Source of the DNA: Bugula neritina | Taxonomy: Eukaryota > Animalia > Bryozoa | DNA length: 64,000 nucleotides | Assembly: GCA_964035545.1 (NCBI GenBank) | Contig: OZ037770.1 | Coordinates: forward strand, 2,542,001-2,606,000 | Reading direction: 5' to 3' | In this document: positions 13,190 to 30,270 of the stretch, piece by piece | Layout of the letters: every line of letters starts with the position of its first letter | Position numbering within the stretch: the first letter of the stretch is position 1 | Notes under the pieces: model-generated | Told to the model about the DNA's origin: nothing | Seen by the model: only the letters and a program-made list of their open reading frames with translations | Databases searched by the model: none | Program-made: the position numbers and the translations under genes

Positions 13190-15585
13190 TAGTCTACACA
13201 GTGTATAGTATGTATTCTACACAGTGTATAGTATATAGTCTACACAGTGTATAGTATGTAGTCTACACAGTGTATAGTATATAGTCTACACAGTGTATAG
13301 TATGTAGTCTACACAGTGTATAGTATATAGTCTACACAGTGTATAGTATGTAGCCTACACAGTGTATACTGTATAGTATGTAGTCTACACAGTGTATAGT
13401 ACATAGTCTACACAGTGTATAGTATATAGTCTACACAGTGTATAGTATGTAGTTTACACAGTGTATAGTATGTAGTCTACACAGTGTATAGTATGTAGTC
13501 TACACAGTGTATAGTATATAGTCTACACAGTGTATAGTATGTAGTCTACACAGTGTATAGTATGTAGTCTACACAGTGTATAGTATATAGTCTACACAGT
13601 GTATAGTATGTAATCTACACAGTGTATAGTATGTATTCTACACAGTGTATAGTATGTAGTCTACACAGTGTATAGTATGTATTCTACACAGTGTATAGTA
13701 TATAGTCTACACAGTGTATAGTATATAGTCTACACAGTGTATAGTATGTAGTCTACACAGTGTATAGTATGTATTCTACACAGTGTATAGTATATAGTCT
13801 ACACAGTGTATAGTGTGTAGTCTACACAGTGTATAGTTTATAGTCTACACAGTGTATAGTATATAGTCTACACAGTGTATAGTATGTAGCCTACACAGTG
13901 TACAGTATGTAGTCTACACAGTGTATAGTATATAGTCTACACAGTGTATAGTATGTAGTCTACACAGTGTAAAGTATGTAGTCTACACAGTGTATAGTAT
14001 ATAGTCTACACAGTGTATAGTATATAGTCTACACAGTGTATAGTATGTAGTCTACACAGTGTATAGTATATAGTCTACACAGTGTATAGTATATAGTCTA
14101 CACAGTGTATAGTATGTAGTCTACACATTGTATAGTATGTAGTCTACACAGTGTATAGTATATAGTCTACACAGTGTATAGTATATAGTCTACACATTGT
14201 ATAGTATATAGTCTACACAGTGTATAGTATATAGTCTATACAGTGTATAGTATATAGTCTACACAGTGTATAGTATATAGTCTACACATTGTATAGTATA
14301 TAGTCTACACAGTGTTTAGTATATAGTCTACACAGTGTATAGTATATAGTCTACACAGTGTATAGTATATAGTCTACACAGTGTATAGTATATAGTCTAC
14401 ACAGTGTATAGTATATAGTCTACACAGTGTATAGTCTACACAGTGTATAGTATGTAGTCTACACAGTGTATAGTATATAGTCTACACAGTGTATAGTATG
14501 TAGTCTACACAGTGTATAGTATGTAGTCTACACAGTGTATAGTATATAGTCTACACAGTGTGTAGTATATAGTCTACACAGTGTATAGTATATAGTCTAC
14601 ACAGTGTATAGTATATAGTCTACACAGTGTATAGTATGTAGTCTGCACAGTGTATAGTATGTATTCTACACAGTGTATAGTATATAGTCTACACAGTGTA
14701 TAGTATGTAGTCTACACAGTGTATAGTATATAATCTATACAGTGTATAGTATGTAGTCTACACAGTGTATAGTATATAATCTATACAGTGTATAGTATAT
14801 AGTCTACACAGTGTATAGTATGTAGTCTATACACTGTGTATAGTATGTAGTCTACACAGTGTATAGTATATAGTCTACACAGTGTATAGTCTACACAGTG
14901 TATAGTATATAGTCTACACAGTGTATATTATATAGTCTACACAATGTATAGTATGTAGTCTACACAGTGTATAGTATGTAGTCTACACAGTGTATAGTAT
15001 GTAGTCTACACAGTGTATAGTATGTAGTCTACACAGTGTATAGTATGTAGTCTACACAGTGTATAGTATATAGTCTACACAGTGCATAGTATATAGTCTA
15101 CACAGTGTATAGTATATAGTCTACACAGTGTATAGTATGTAGTCTACACAGTGTATAGTATGTAGTCTACACAGTGTATAGTATATAGTCTACACAGTGT
15201 ATAGTATGTAGTCTACACAGTGTATAGTCTACACAGTGTATAGTCTACACAGTGTATAGTATATAGTCTACACAGTGTATATTATATAGTCTACACAATG
15301 TATAGTATGTAGTCTACACAGTGTATAGTATGTAGTCTACACAGTGTATAGTATGTAGTCTACACAGTGTATAGTATGTAGTCTACACAGTGTATAGTAT
15401 GTAGTCTACACAGTGTATAGTATGTAGTCTACACAGTGTGTAGTATATAGTCTACACAGTGTATAGTATATAGTACACACTGTGTATAGTATATAGTCTA
15501 CACAGTGTATAGTATATAGTCTACACAGTGCATAGTATATAGTCTACACAGTGTATAGTATATAGTCTACACAGTGTATAGTATA
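13190..15585. repeat. 23-bp minisatellite TAGTCTACACAGTGTATAGTAT(A/G), about 100 units
   Basis: Direct tandem array with A/G variant units and occasional 16-bp units. Confidence 0.97.
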
Positions 15586-16053
15586 TGCAGTACATATAAT
15601 ATATATATATATATATAATATATGATACTTGGCTGTTATTGAGTTATTCGTGTTTTACCAAGTATGTAGCAACATAAATAACATATGTATTATATAATAT
15701 TGTATCAGCCATGTTGTGCATATTGTTATAGTTTGTTTAAAAGATAAAATATTCGCATGTAGGAATATTGAAATAAGCCAGTGAGCATATACCCTAGCCA
15801 CGAACACTGATATCTACTAATGATGTGCTTCTTATGATAATATTGAAATGCTATATTTGGGTTTATTTAGCAAAGATAAATTATATTTCTTATTGCACTA
15901 CTAATACTAAAACATAAATGGTTGTCACACAATAATAATATAAAGCTAAAAAATATCAGTTTTCGCTAATAAATGTAGAAAAAAACAGTGATATTTGTAT
16001 AACAATAAGCTAACAACTATTTAGATATCCCAAATGCTTTCCTCTGATTCACT

Positions 16054-16457
16054 TTAGAAGGAAAGACCACCAAGTCCCGGGACACCAAAGGTGTTTCCCT
16101 GTAGAATACAATAATGCAAAATATTAGTAAGTGAGTCAAAATATGGAAAAGAAATTGCAAAATAGAAATGGGCATGAAAAATATAATTTAGTACTACTAA
16201 AGCAATTCTTTTATAGCTTGCAATACCAAAATATTATAGCCATAACAATAAAAGTCCAAAATTTTGAAGTTTTAGGCCTGTTGATAAAATGTAGGATGAT
16301 CAGCAAATTATGAGCAGTACATTACATGTATATATTCTAGAAGTTACTTGAACTGTACTTACAAGGCCAACTGCAGTCCCAGTGTCTAATAACACTCCAT
16401 TACTCGAACTAACTTGGTGAGCGACGTTACTGCTATGTCCCCCACTGACAGCCACAT
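16054..16457 (-). CDS. Two orphan terminal exons of an unidentified gene (16363-16457, 16054-16098)
   Basis: TACAG acceptors and GTAAG donor; phase-compatible translation (D)VAVSGGHSSNVAHQVSSSNGVLLDTGTAVGL|GNTFGVPGLGGLSF*; AATAAA on the minus strand at ~15862-15867. Confidence 0.45.
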
Positions 16458-16559
16458 CTGTACAATAGAATTGAGGCTATATACATGTCTAACATATGAA
16501 TATATACATTCCATTAACCTAAACTGAGTTGTGAATAATTCATACTTAATTCATACTGT

Positions 16560-16862
16560 AAAATATTATACTATGTTATATTACATCATATTATACTATG
16601 TTATATTACATCATATTATATTATATTATGTCATTATATATTATATTATATTACATCATATTATACTATACTATATTACATCATATTGTATTATATTATA
16701 TTACATCATATTATTATATAATATATTATATCATATTATAGTATATTATATTACATCATATTATGCTATGTTATATTACACCATATTATAGTATATTATA
16801 TTACATCATATTATGCTATGTTATATTACATCATATTATACTATGTTATATTACATCATATA
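16560..16862. repeat. Degenerate (TATTA/CATCA) pentamer low-complexity tract
   Basis: Direct; a similar tract lies at 63360-63577. Confidence 0.85.
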
Positions 16863-17350
16863 ACAAAGGCATAATTAGAATAAAGAAGTAATCAATTCTC
16901 ACCAAATAAACTTCTAAGTGTCAAATAGCAAGTTACGTGGCAATTAACAACTTATGCTTGATCAGTAGTTTCACAGTGTAATTAAAATCACTCATTGATT
17001 CAAATCATTCTATATTAATAAAACGGTACAAAATTTTCTGTGATATAAAATCATATAATGAAGTATTATTATGTTATATGGCATGCCTCGGTTCCACTAC
17101 CCTGCAAATGCAGACATACTACGCATATATTGGCTATTGCATGATATCTTCTTGTAGCTGCCATTATTATAATGCGTGCACTTTATAAAACTTGTAGTTT
17201 TTGCTATTATATGTGCTGTTTTAAACATGTTCTTTATAATAAGGAGAATTGTTGACTATATGCTCAGTAAACTACATTACAACTACAGTAAACAGCATAT
17301 GTGTTACTTGTGTATATAATACGCCTATAGCATTTCTGCAACTACATATA

Positions 17351-17656
17351 TCCCCCTGTTCACACATTGCCGCATCGTACGAAGTAATGTAAAATATCAG
17401 CCATCTTTAATGTGTCCGGGCTGAAGTTTACAAAGTCCACTAATAGGTAATATATAAGACATTTCATTGGACAATTTTATCCAATCAGTAGACACAAAAG
17501 TTTTTCTGTCTAACAGGAACCCGCCGCAACTAATTTGAATCAAAGCAGTGCTCGATCCTAGCGTACCGTAGCACAGTACAGGAAGCTCAGACATTTGTAA
17601 AAGTGGCTGATACTTTACATTACGGCATACGATACGACAATGTGTGAACAGGGGCA
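17351..17656. mobile_element. MITE, PIF/Harbinger (Tourist)-like
   Basis: About 55-bp imperfect TIRs (CCCCTGTTCACACATTG...GTAATGTAAAATATCAGCCA / TGGCTGATACTTTACATTAC...CAATGTGTGAACAGGGG), followed by TAA; no ORF. Confidence 0.75.
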
Positions 17657-18349
17657 TAAGGGTGATTTTAAGACTTTTAAAATAAAAAAAAACCTCTAAC
17701 CAAAAGCCTGTGTAAGATTCTCTAATGTATAAAACCTTGAAACTTACATTTCGAGAAGATTTGAACTGCTGGATGTTACAGTAGTTGCGCACTAGTTGCC
17801 AGTTGCTAGTTGTCAGTTGCTAATTGCTATATATTTGTCATTTGACGGTTGCTAGTTGCCAGTTGTAATCTGCTAGCTTCCCGTTGTGGTTTCTACACCT
17901 AAATGATCCTTCAGCTGCAACTTTCAATGTTGAAGTTCCGATCAACTGCCTATTGATTTGTTACTCATCCTGTTACTATGCAGCTGTAACAACAACATAA
18001 TGACTTACTAATGTTATACACAAAGCACAGTGTGTAGAAGTTTTTACTAAGAAGAGTCACAGAGAAGTCTATTAAAAAGCAGCAAAACAGTCTACATTTG
18101 TATCAGCTTTCCATGTATAACCTGTTGAGAGTCAATAACATTTCTGCAGCACTAGAACTAGAGTGGCTTATAGGGCTATAGCAGTAGAGACTACAGTGGT
18201 TATTACTACAGTGGTTATTACTACAGTGGTTATTACTACAGTGGGTATTACTACAGTGGTTAGGAACAGACTCTGTAAAAGTTGGCTAATGAAAAGTTAT
18301 GTAGCATGCAACTCTAGTAATTCACCATTCTAGTAGACATAAAATTCTG

Positions 18350-18478
18350 CAGTAGTAGTAGTAGCAGCAGTAGCAGTAGTAGTAGTACTAGTAGTAGTAG
18401 TACTAGTAGTAGTAGTACTAGTAGTAGTAGTAGTAGTAGTAGCAGTAGTAGTAGTAGTAGCAGTAGTAGTAGTACTGA

Positions 18479-18549
<71 letters not shown>

Positions 18550-18676
18550 CTACTACTACTATTACTAGTAGTAGTAGTAGTACTACTACTACTACTACTA
18601 CTAGTAGTACTACTACTACTACTACTGCTGCTACTGCTGTTACTACTGCTACTACTACTACTACTACGACTATCAG

Positions 18677-18715
<39 letters not shown>

Positions 18716-18833
18716 GACTATCAGTACTACTACTACTGCTACTACTACTACTACTGCTACTACTACTACTACTACTACTAGTACTACTACTACTAGTACT
18801 ACTACTACTAGTACTACTACTACTGCTACTGCT
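18350..18833. repeat. Inverted (GTA)n/(TAC)n microsatellite palindrome
   Basis: Arm ~18363-18480 is the reverse complement of arm ~18719-18833, including rare interruptions (AGTACTGATAG / CTATCAGTACT). Confidence 0.9.
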
Positions 18834-21252
<2,419 letters not shown>

Positions 21253-21307
21253 CTGCTACTACTACTATCACCAATAATAGTGCTTTGTTATACTCATCCC
21301 ACACCTT

Positions 21308-24300
21308 TTAAACAGATACTATTTTCCCAACTCTGATATCCAGTCTGTTGGACAATAAAGGAAGTTCAGACGACGGACTTACTTCAGACTGAAAGTTTTT
21401 CTCTATATCTCCGTAATTCGTGTAGATCTTGTTCCCTCCGAATTCCTCCTTCCTTTCAATTAGCAACTCTGTAACAGGCAATCAGCAACTGCTTAATAGA
21501 CAATTGGCAACTCTGAGATATAACTCAAGTAATACATAATATATAACTCAAGTTATACATAATATATAACTCAAGTAACACATAATATATAACTCAAGTA
21601 ATACATAATATATAACTCAAGTAATACATAATATATAACTCAAGTTATACATAATATATAACTCAAGTAATACATAATATATAACTCAAGTAATACATAA
21701 TATATAACTCAAGTAATACATAATATATAACTCAAGTAACACATAATATATAACTCAAGTAATACATAATATATAACTCAAGTAATACATATTATATAAC
21801 TCAAGTAATACATAATATATAACTCAAGTAACACATAATATATAACCAAAGTAATACATAATATATAACTCAAGTAATACATAATATATAACTCAAGTAA
21901 CACATATTATATAACTCAAGTAACACATAATATATAACTCAAGTAACACATAATATATAACTCAAGTAACACATAATATATAACTCAAGTAATACATAAT
22001 ATATAACTCAAGTAATACATAATATATAACTCAAGTAACACATAATATATAACTCAAGTAACACATAATATATAACTCAAGTAACACATAATATATAACT
22101 CAAGTAATACATAATATATAACTCAAGTAACACATATTATATAACTCAAGTAACACATATTATATAACTCAAGTAACACATAATATATAACTCAAGTAAC
22201 ACATAATATATAACTCAAGTAATACATAATATATAACTCAAGTAATACATAATATATAACTCAAGTAATACATAATATATAACTCAAGTAATACATAATA
22301 TATAACTCAAGTAATACATAATATATAACTCAAGTAATACATAATATATAACTCAAGTAATACATAATATATAACTCAAGTAATACATAATATATAACTC
22401 AAGTAATACATAATATATAACTCAAGTAACACATAATATATAACTCAAGTAACACATAATATATAACTCAAGTAACACATAATATATAACTCAAGTAATA
22501 CATAATATATAACTCAAGTAACACATATTATATAACTCAAGTAACACATATTATATAACTCAAGTAACACATAATATATAACTCAAGTAACACATAATAT
22601 ATAACTCAAGTAATACATAATATATAACTCAAGTAATACATAATATATAACTCAAGTAATACATAATATATAACTCAAGTAATACATAATATATAACTCA
22701 AGTAATACATAATATATAACTCAAGTAATACATAATATATAACTCAAGTAATACATAATATATAACTCAAGTAACACATAATATATAACTCAAGTAACAC
22801 ATAATATATAACTCAAGTAACACATAATATATAACTCAAGTAATACATAATATATAACTCAAGTAACACATAATATATAACTCAAGTAACACATAATATA
22901 TAACTCAAGTAACACATAATATATAACTCAAGTAATACATAATATATAACTCAAGTAACACATATTATATAACTCAAGTAACACATATTATATAACTCAA
23001 GTAACACATAATATATAACTCAAGTAACACATAATATATAACTCAAGTAATACATAATATATAACTCAAGTAATACATAATATATAACTCAAGTAATACA
23101 TAATATATAACTCAAGTAATACATAATATATAACTCAAGTAATACATAATATATAACTCAAGTAATACATAATATATAACTCAAGTAATACATAATATAT
23201 AACTCAAGTAACACATAATATATAACTCAAGTAACACATAATATATAACTCAAGTAACACATAATATATAACTCAAGTAATACATAATATATAACTCAAG
23301 TAACACATAATATATAACTCAAGTAATACATAATATATAACTCAAGTAATACATAATATATAACTCAAGTAATACATAATATATAACTCAAGTAATACAT
23401 AATATATAACTCAAGTAATACATAATATATAACTCAAGTAATACATAATATATAACTCAAGTAATACATAATATATAACTCAAGTAATACATAATATATA
23501 ACTCAAGCAATACATAATATATAACTCAAGTAATACATAATATATAACTCAAGTAATACATAATATATAACTCAAGTAACACATAATATATAACTCAAGC
23601 AATACATAATATATAACTCAAGTAATACATAATATTTAACTCAAGTAATACATAATATATAACTCAAGTAATACATAATATATAACTCAAGTAATACATA
23701 ATATATAACTCAAGTAATACATAATATATAACTCAAGTAACACATAATATATAACTCAAGTAACACAGAAGAATAAATTAGCTATCACTAAGAATGTAGA
23801 CAGTATAGACAGAACGACAAAGCACCAGTGAGAGCTAACCGCCAGTGCCTACCACTGTTGTCCTTGACATTGAAGAGGACGTGCTTGACGAAGGCCAGAA
23901 CCCCGTTATCCGAGACGTTTCCGGGCTCACAGAACGCCATCTTTAGCTTCTTTTTCACTTGCGCAGCCGAGTCCAACAAATCTATTTTCGAGGAGTCGTC
24001 CGATGAGCTCATCTTAGCTCCAGCGAGTCCAGGAACTGAGAAACACACGAGATGATAGACCAAAGGCTAGATAAATGCAGAACTGAGGCTAAATAAGAGC
24101 AACTTGTAGAAAGTAGAGGGTTGGGGATCGATATTCAATAGAGACTAATACTGTGTAATTCAGGAAGAGAGATATTTATGTATACACATGCAAGAACTTT
24201 CGATCTTGGTTTGCGACCAGAAATATTTGGTCACGCTTTGGTGACTTTGATTCATGTAGAGAAGATAACTAACAATAGTAGTAACGATGAGCCAATAGAG

Positions 24301-24426
24301 CTGATAGAAAAATATGCATTCATAAGAGACATGCTGTCATTTCACTCTACATTTTAAATATATAAAAGTTTCAGTTTACTCAATGAAGATAGAAACGGGT
24401 AGTATTTGTATAGATGTGGTCGGATG

Positions 24427-24512
<86 letters not shown>

Positions 24513-27485
24513 ATGGCAAGAGCTTTGTAACTGCATAAAGCCATGGATCTATTAGGTTACTGAATAGGGAACATAACGGGAACCCCTCCCATTCTAATTG
24601 TCATACTGTAAAAAATTCACAGTACATTCTCAATTACTGCCTTGCTCACCAGTTCCAGGAGAAAATAGTTGAGGACCTACCCATAGGGTTCATGAGATGG
24701 GCCCTCTGCGCATAGCCCAGTTTGGGCAGATACTTTTCAGCAAATGTGAAAATCTTTCGCTGGTCTACTCCACCGAACTGTGCATCACACTTCAAATATT
24801 CTTCATCGAGCGCTTGTAGACCAGGGTACAGCATTCCTGTAAGGAGCCAACGTTATGCCATGACGTTATGTCACCGACTAACACAGCTATTTATTAAATC
24901 ATTACCCTTTCCAGTTGACCATAAAATGGCCGTAATATTTTAACCTGCATGTCTTGTATAATAAATAAGATTCTTTGACTTGATAATGAGTCAAACTACT
25001 TAGGACAGAGTCACATTGGCTCTTTAAGTTGAGTCAGTCAAACTCATAAATTACTCTACAGTCATGGTATTTACTCAACACTAGGAAGTGTAGCTGTCAT
25101 ATGCCTTCAAGCTAATTATTCTATCAGCAAAACTTTTATCATATTTATAAGGAAGTGGAGGAGAGCAAAGTTCTCTTTAATCATGTTTCTGAGATGTAGT
25201 TAGACAATCTAGATACATCTCACGGTGGCTGGTAAAAATGTCACAAGTGGCAAAGTAGGTAGAGATGGCACATTTTCAATATTATGGTTTGGGGTGAGAG
25301 CGGGGGGGGGGATGGGGGTTTGGGAAAATTTAACATCAGTTTGCCATTTTTACTTATTTTCTATTTGTACCATTATTACCTAAACCATACACTACAGTAC
25401 AATACACAATTAAATAACCTAGACATACACTGCAGTAAGAGACATATTATATATTATATTATATATTATATAGTGCAGCACTATCTCAATACGATATTAT
25501 ATTCTACATATTATATTACATTATGCTCAACTGTATTATATGTTATACTACACCAATATCTCATACCATAGCATATTATATCAGAGTATATAATACCATA
25601 TGAAGAACTATAAGAGTTTACCACTTAGCAAGGGATGATCAACCTGTTTAACCACCTCAGCGCCGGCCTTCTTCGCGTCGTGCTCAGTTACCATAGACGA
25701 CAGTCTGTAAATATGTATAGACATCAATGGATTGAAGCACACTAGCTGTTGAAATCAGTGTGGACAATAACACAAACTGCATACACAAACCACTATCTAG
25801 AGTATAAGCTGGTAGAGCTCATTGCATGTAGTATCATTACCTGTATACGTCAAGTGTGTACTCTCGACTCAGTTCGTAGTCGGTTCCCTTCACAAACTTG
25901 AGTTTCTCAAGTGGCACTCCAATGGACTTGAGCATGGCCTTGATGACTCTCTGGTAGTACTCACACCTCTTCTCAAGCAGCGACCACGGGGCCTTCATGT
26001 TGTCCAGGTAGGCGTGCAGGTCAGCAAACAGAATGGTTACCTGTAAGCATTCACGTGGTATGACATCATGTCGTCTGCATGTAGTCGTGTGACGCCATGT
26101 CGTCTGCATGTAGTCATGTGACGCCATGTCGTCTGCATGTAGTCATGTGACGCCATGTCATCTGCATGTAGTCATGTGACGCCATGTCATCTGCATGTAG
26201 TCATGTGACGCCATGTCGTCTGCATGTAGTCATGTGACGCCATGTCATCTGCATGTAGTCATGTGACGCCATGTCGTCTGCATGTAGTCATGTGACGCCA
26301 TGTCGTCTGCATGTAGTCATGTGACGCCATGTCGTCTGCATGTAGTCATGTGACGCCATGTCGTCTGCATGTAGTCATGTGACATCTAGTATAACAAGCT
26401 GTCTAGTATAACAAGGTGTCTGTGTGCAGTAAAGATTATTAAAAGACACTCTTTAAGTTTGAAACATACAGAATATTATATTTTTAATAAACATGAAAAT
26501 TATATCTACAAAAGGGCGAATGACAGACATCAAATTGCGACCAGCTTGTATGCAGATTTACTCGGGATAAGGAATTTGGAAAACACAGGAAACGGCATCT
26601 TTTTTTGTAAAAAGAGAAATTGATTGAATCAAATCGGGGAAAAGGTACTATTACGGAGGAACGAGCTAAAAGTGGACTGCGATATCAAACTAGAAACAAG
26701 AACACTTTCTAGACCTGCCATCAGAGGTCAAAGGTTAAAGCCTCACTGACTTCTTTCGCGGAGTCAACATATTATAAATATTACAGCTTGTTTCTTATAC
26801 CACAGGATTCAACTGCCTAACAACTTATGTCATTCAGTAAACCCTAAGCTTAGCGTCTGCTACCAAGTCTTACCTCACATCCTGCTTTGAGGAAATCGGC
26901 CAGCTTGGACATGGGCACGAAGTAGGCTATGTGCGGTTTGCCGGTAGTGGCTGTTCCCCAGTAGACTTTCAGGTCTCTTTCCTTCCACACTGCCTTGATC
27001 TTATCTTCCCCCAACACTTCCTGGTAACACAGTAACCTTGATGTCTACATACTCACTGATTGACTCACTCACTCACTCACTCACTCACTCACTCACTCAC
27101 TCACTCACTCACTCACTCACTCACTCACTCACTCACTCACTCACTCCCTCACTCACTCACTCACTCACTCACTCACTCACTCACTAACTCACTCACTCAC
27201 TCACTCACTCACTCAATCACTCACTCAATCTCTGACTCACTCACTCGCTCACTCACAATACTACATACATAAACTTCCAAGTTGGTGATGATTTAATATT
27301 CAACTAAAATGAAAATAAATAATGCGAAGGGAGTATTGAAATTACAATAGAGAAATTGCCCATTACCACACATACAGCTGCCTATGATGGCCAAGCATAC
27401 AAAGATATAGGTAATGGGTCACATGACTAACCTGTAGGTTTCTGCTTATCAGTGCATATTTTTCGTCCACAGAAAGACCAGCCAT
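21308..27485 (-). CDS. YARS1: Cytoplasmic tyrosyl-tRNA synthetase, copy 1, C-terminally truncated (possibly a pseudogene); exons 27432-27485, 26874-27020, 25841-26040, 25622-25704, 24681-24836, 23853-24035, 21383-21468, EMAP II stub 21305-21344
   Basis: Spliced [13 protein letters not shown]...[14 protein letters not shown]...[14 protein letters not shown]...[13 protein letters not shown]...[11 protein letters not shown]...KMSSS...GGNKIY; all introns GT-AG and phase-compatible; 303 codons. Confidence 0.93.
21518..23766. repeat. 23-bp minisatellite ATATAACTCAAGTAA(T/C)ACATAAT in a TyrRS copy 1 intron (about 98 units)
   Basis: Direct tandem array. Confidence 0.97.
26067..26385. repeat. 29-bp minisatellite CATGTCGTCTGCATGTAGTCATGTGACGC (about 11 units; about 4 units at 33672-33787)
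   Basis: Direct tandem array next to the exon 3 acceptor. Confidence 0.95.
27050..27255. repeat. (CACT)n microsatellite (paralog at 34398-34506)
   Basis: Direct. Confidence 0.95.
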
Positions 27486-27617
27486 GTTCGATTCAATTCC
27501 TGGAACCTAAAGCACAATAAATAATACACATAACACTATTGAAATAAATGAAATGCTTTAGTTACTCCTAGTTTAAGTGTAACTTTCTAATTCACGAATG
27601 GCTATAAAATATTATTT

Positions 27618-27745
27618 GGGAGCAGCTGTGGTCAAGGGGTTAGAGTGTTTGCTTAGTAAGCACGAAGTATGGGTTTGAACCTCAGTAAAGGACATTGATA
27701 ATGTAAGGAAGAGCATCCAGTCATAATTGCTCCTGTGCCTCATAC
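27618..27745 (+). mobile_element. tRNA-derived SINE fragment (paralog ~34874-35000)
   Basis: A-box-like TGGTCAAGGGGTTAGA and B-box-like GGTTTGAACC, followed by a GGAAGAGCATCCAG core. Confidence 0.55.
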
Positions 27746-29943
27746 GAATACTAGTAAAGGCAGTAGTTGTCCAGAAGCAACCTAGAGAGTTACACAAAGA
27801 GCTAGAGTGAATGGGAAACAATCATCATCATATTGGAATTATCTTCCCAGATGCTACACAATCATAGTAGAAGTTTTATTCACTAATATAAAATAAACTG
27901 ATTAGAATTCTAAACACATTTGCTTTAAGAGTGACATCACCAGAGGCACATAATTATACAATTTGAGCTTAAATCATTAACTTTAGATCGTATATATTAA
28001 CAGTTATAACATTATGCTCCCAAAAATAAAACACTCGCTTAAAGTAGACTTAACTAGTTACATTTAAATAAGCATAAAGTTATAGAGAAATATTTCAACA
28101 ACCAGCTAAGTACAGTTTCAGAGTTGTGTGCACATACATCTACTAAACTTAGTAATGGTAACCGTAGAGAATACTGATTATTGCTAACTTTTTTTACACA
28201 CTATTCTAAGATTGATAACAAGCTAGAGTAAGTAAGTAAGAAAATAGATAAAGTAGTTATACTAGAAACATCTAGAGCCAAAGACGCTTCGTACTGAGCA
28301 TTTGAAAAAATAGCCTAATTTCCACACATAATAATAAAGAGTAGTAAAATAATATGTAACTGAAAACTGAAGTTTGATCAGAACAGTGTTAAATTATGTA
28401 TCCAACATAATTACAAAACTCTTAAATTTTGTGTGGTAAAAAGGTTGCAGCATCAAATTCAAATTTACTATTCATCACCCAACCAAGAAATGGGGGAGAA
28501 AGGTGATAAAAAATTTTAATATCATTTTAATGTACATTAAATATAATTTGAATTTTAATTTTATGATAAACGAATGCCATTACTACTATCAAAATCTTTT
28601 TTATTTACTTCGATTGTAATCATGCTGTAAATATAAAACTTTTACAGATAATTTGGAAAACAAGGTAGAAGGAACAATTGAAAACAATTGTGGACAAAGA
28701 AAACTATAAATTCAATTTTGTTGATCATACAACTTGAAAGTTGTGCCGGAGTTGCAGCCTAAGCAGTCCTGCAGAATTTACGTCAGGCTTTTAATGGAAA
28801 AATAAACAATATCTAAATAGCAATCATCATCTAAGAATGGATTTTAGAACATTATGGTTATCTTAGTTTTTACTAGTGTCAACATTCATGTAAAACAAAA
28901 TTAAAATACAACTTGCGTTTACACAACATAATAAAAAAGGAGTAACTAAAATGAACACAGATATAATTATAAATAAATCAATTAAGAATATTGAATTTTT
29001 TTTCCAAGTAACTGAAAGAAGCAGTCAATTTTATTAAAGTAACAGCTCTAAATAAGTTTCTTTATTATAAACAAGACACACAAACCAAAGTAATATAATA
29101 GCAATTAGTGAAATCAGTGAAGTTTTAAAAAAAACCTAAAATTTAGCTACTCATTTTGCACACACATTTATAGCAAATTTGATAATTTTGTGTAACATGA
29201 GTTACAGCCACACTTTGCAGCTGTCATCGTCATACAATTAATTTCTAGGCACCTGAGTAACTTAGATTTAATTACAGTAGGTACATTGCAGTTAGAATAC
29301 AACATATAGGGATTCATAATCATATTGAGATTGCTAGATAAAGTCTAAGTAAGTGGGCCATTCACTAAAACAGCCATAAAAAAGTCATGGAATCTATCAC
29401 CATGTTCATGGTACTTAATATATCATTAGAAGTTGTGATCACCAGCAGGTATATCTGTCACCCTTACTATTTAAAACAATAATGATCTCAGAGTTTGACT
29501 GCTACATAAAATCAAAACTATGCTATACACTTTTGTTAATGATGGATGTTTAATTTTAACTCTAGTGTGAACAGAGCATAATAGTAAGTCAGTCTGTAAG
29601 TCAGTGTTGAAGTAAATGTAGCTATTTATAAAAATATTTCTAAGCTTATGGTGACTACAGTGAGGTTTATGATTTTATGTACTCATACTGTAAGTAATGA
29701 TCAAAGTGACACCCCAAGGCTGAATGTAATACCAACACTTAAGCGTGCATATGCTAAAATTTAAATACAATGAGCTTGGTGATTTATATTCACATGACTC
29801 ATATAACAATTTAATTTTACATCTCTAGTCAGTGAATAATCTACAGTTATAGAGATTATTTGTCAAGCTTCACAAGTTAGTCATATATATACAGATAGAA
29901 ATTAAATAGATTCTGTAATAAAAGATGAGATCTGCACAATATT

Positions 29944-30008
29944 TACTACTACTACTACTACTACTACTAGTAGTACTACTACTACTACTAGTAGTACTAC
30001 TACTACTG

Positions 30009-30047
<39 letters not shown>

Positions 30048-30230
30048 GTAGTAGTACTACTACTACTGCTACTACTACTACTGCTACTACTACTACTACT
30101 ACTACTACTAGTACTACTACTACTACTACGACTATCAGTACTACTACTACTACTACTACCAGTACTACTACTACTAGTACTACTACTATTGCTACTACTA
30201 CTACTACTACTACTGTTGCTACTACTACTA
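29944..30230. repeat. (CTA)n microsatellite with short inverted (TAG) segments
   Basis: Direct; source of the poly-Leu and poly-Val ORFs. Confidence 0.95.
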
Positions 30231-30270
30231 TCACCAATAATAGTGCTTTGTTATACTCATCCCACACCTT

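Noticed and set aside
21518-23766. CRISPR-like regular 21-29-bp repeat arrays
   Set aside because: Head-to-tail with no unique spacers, no cas genes, eukaryotic intronic context.
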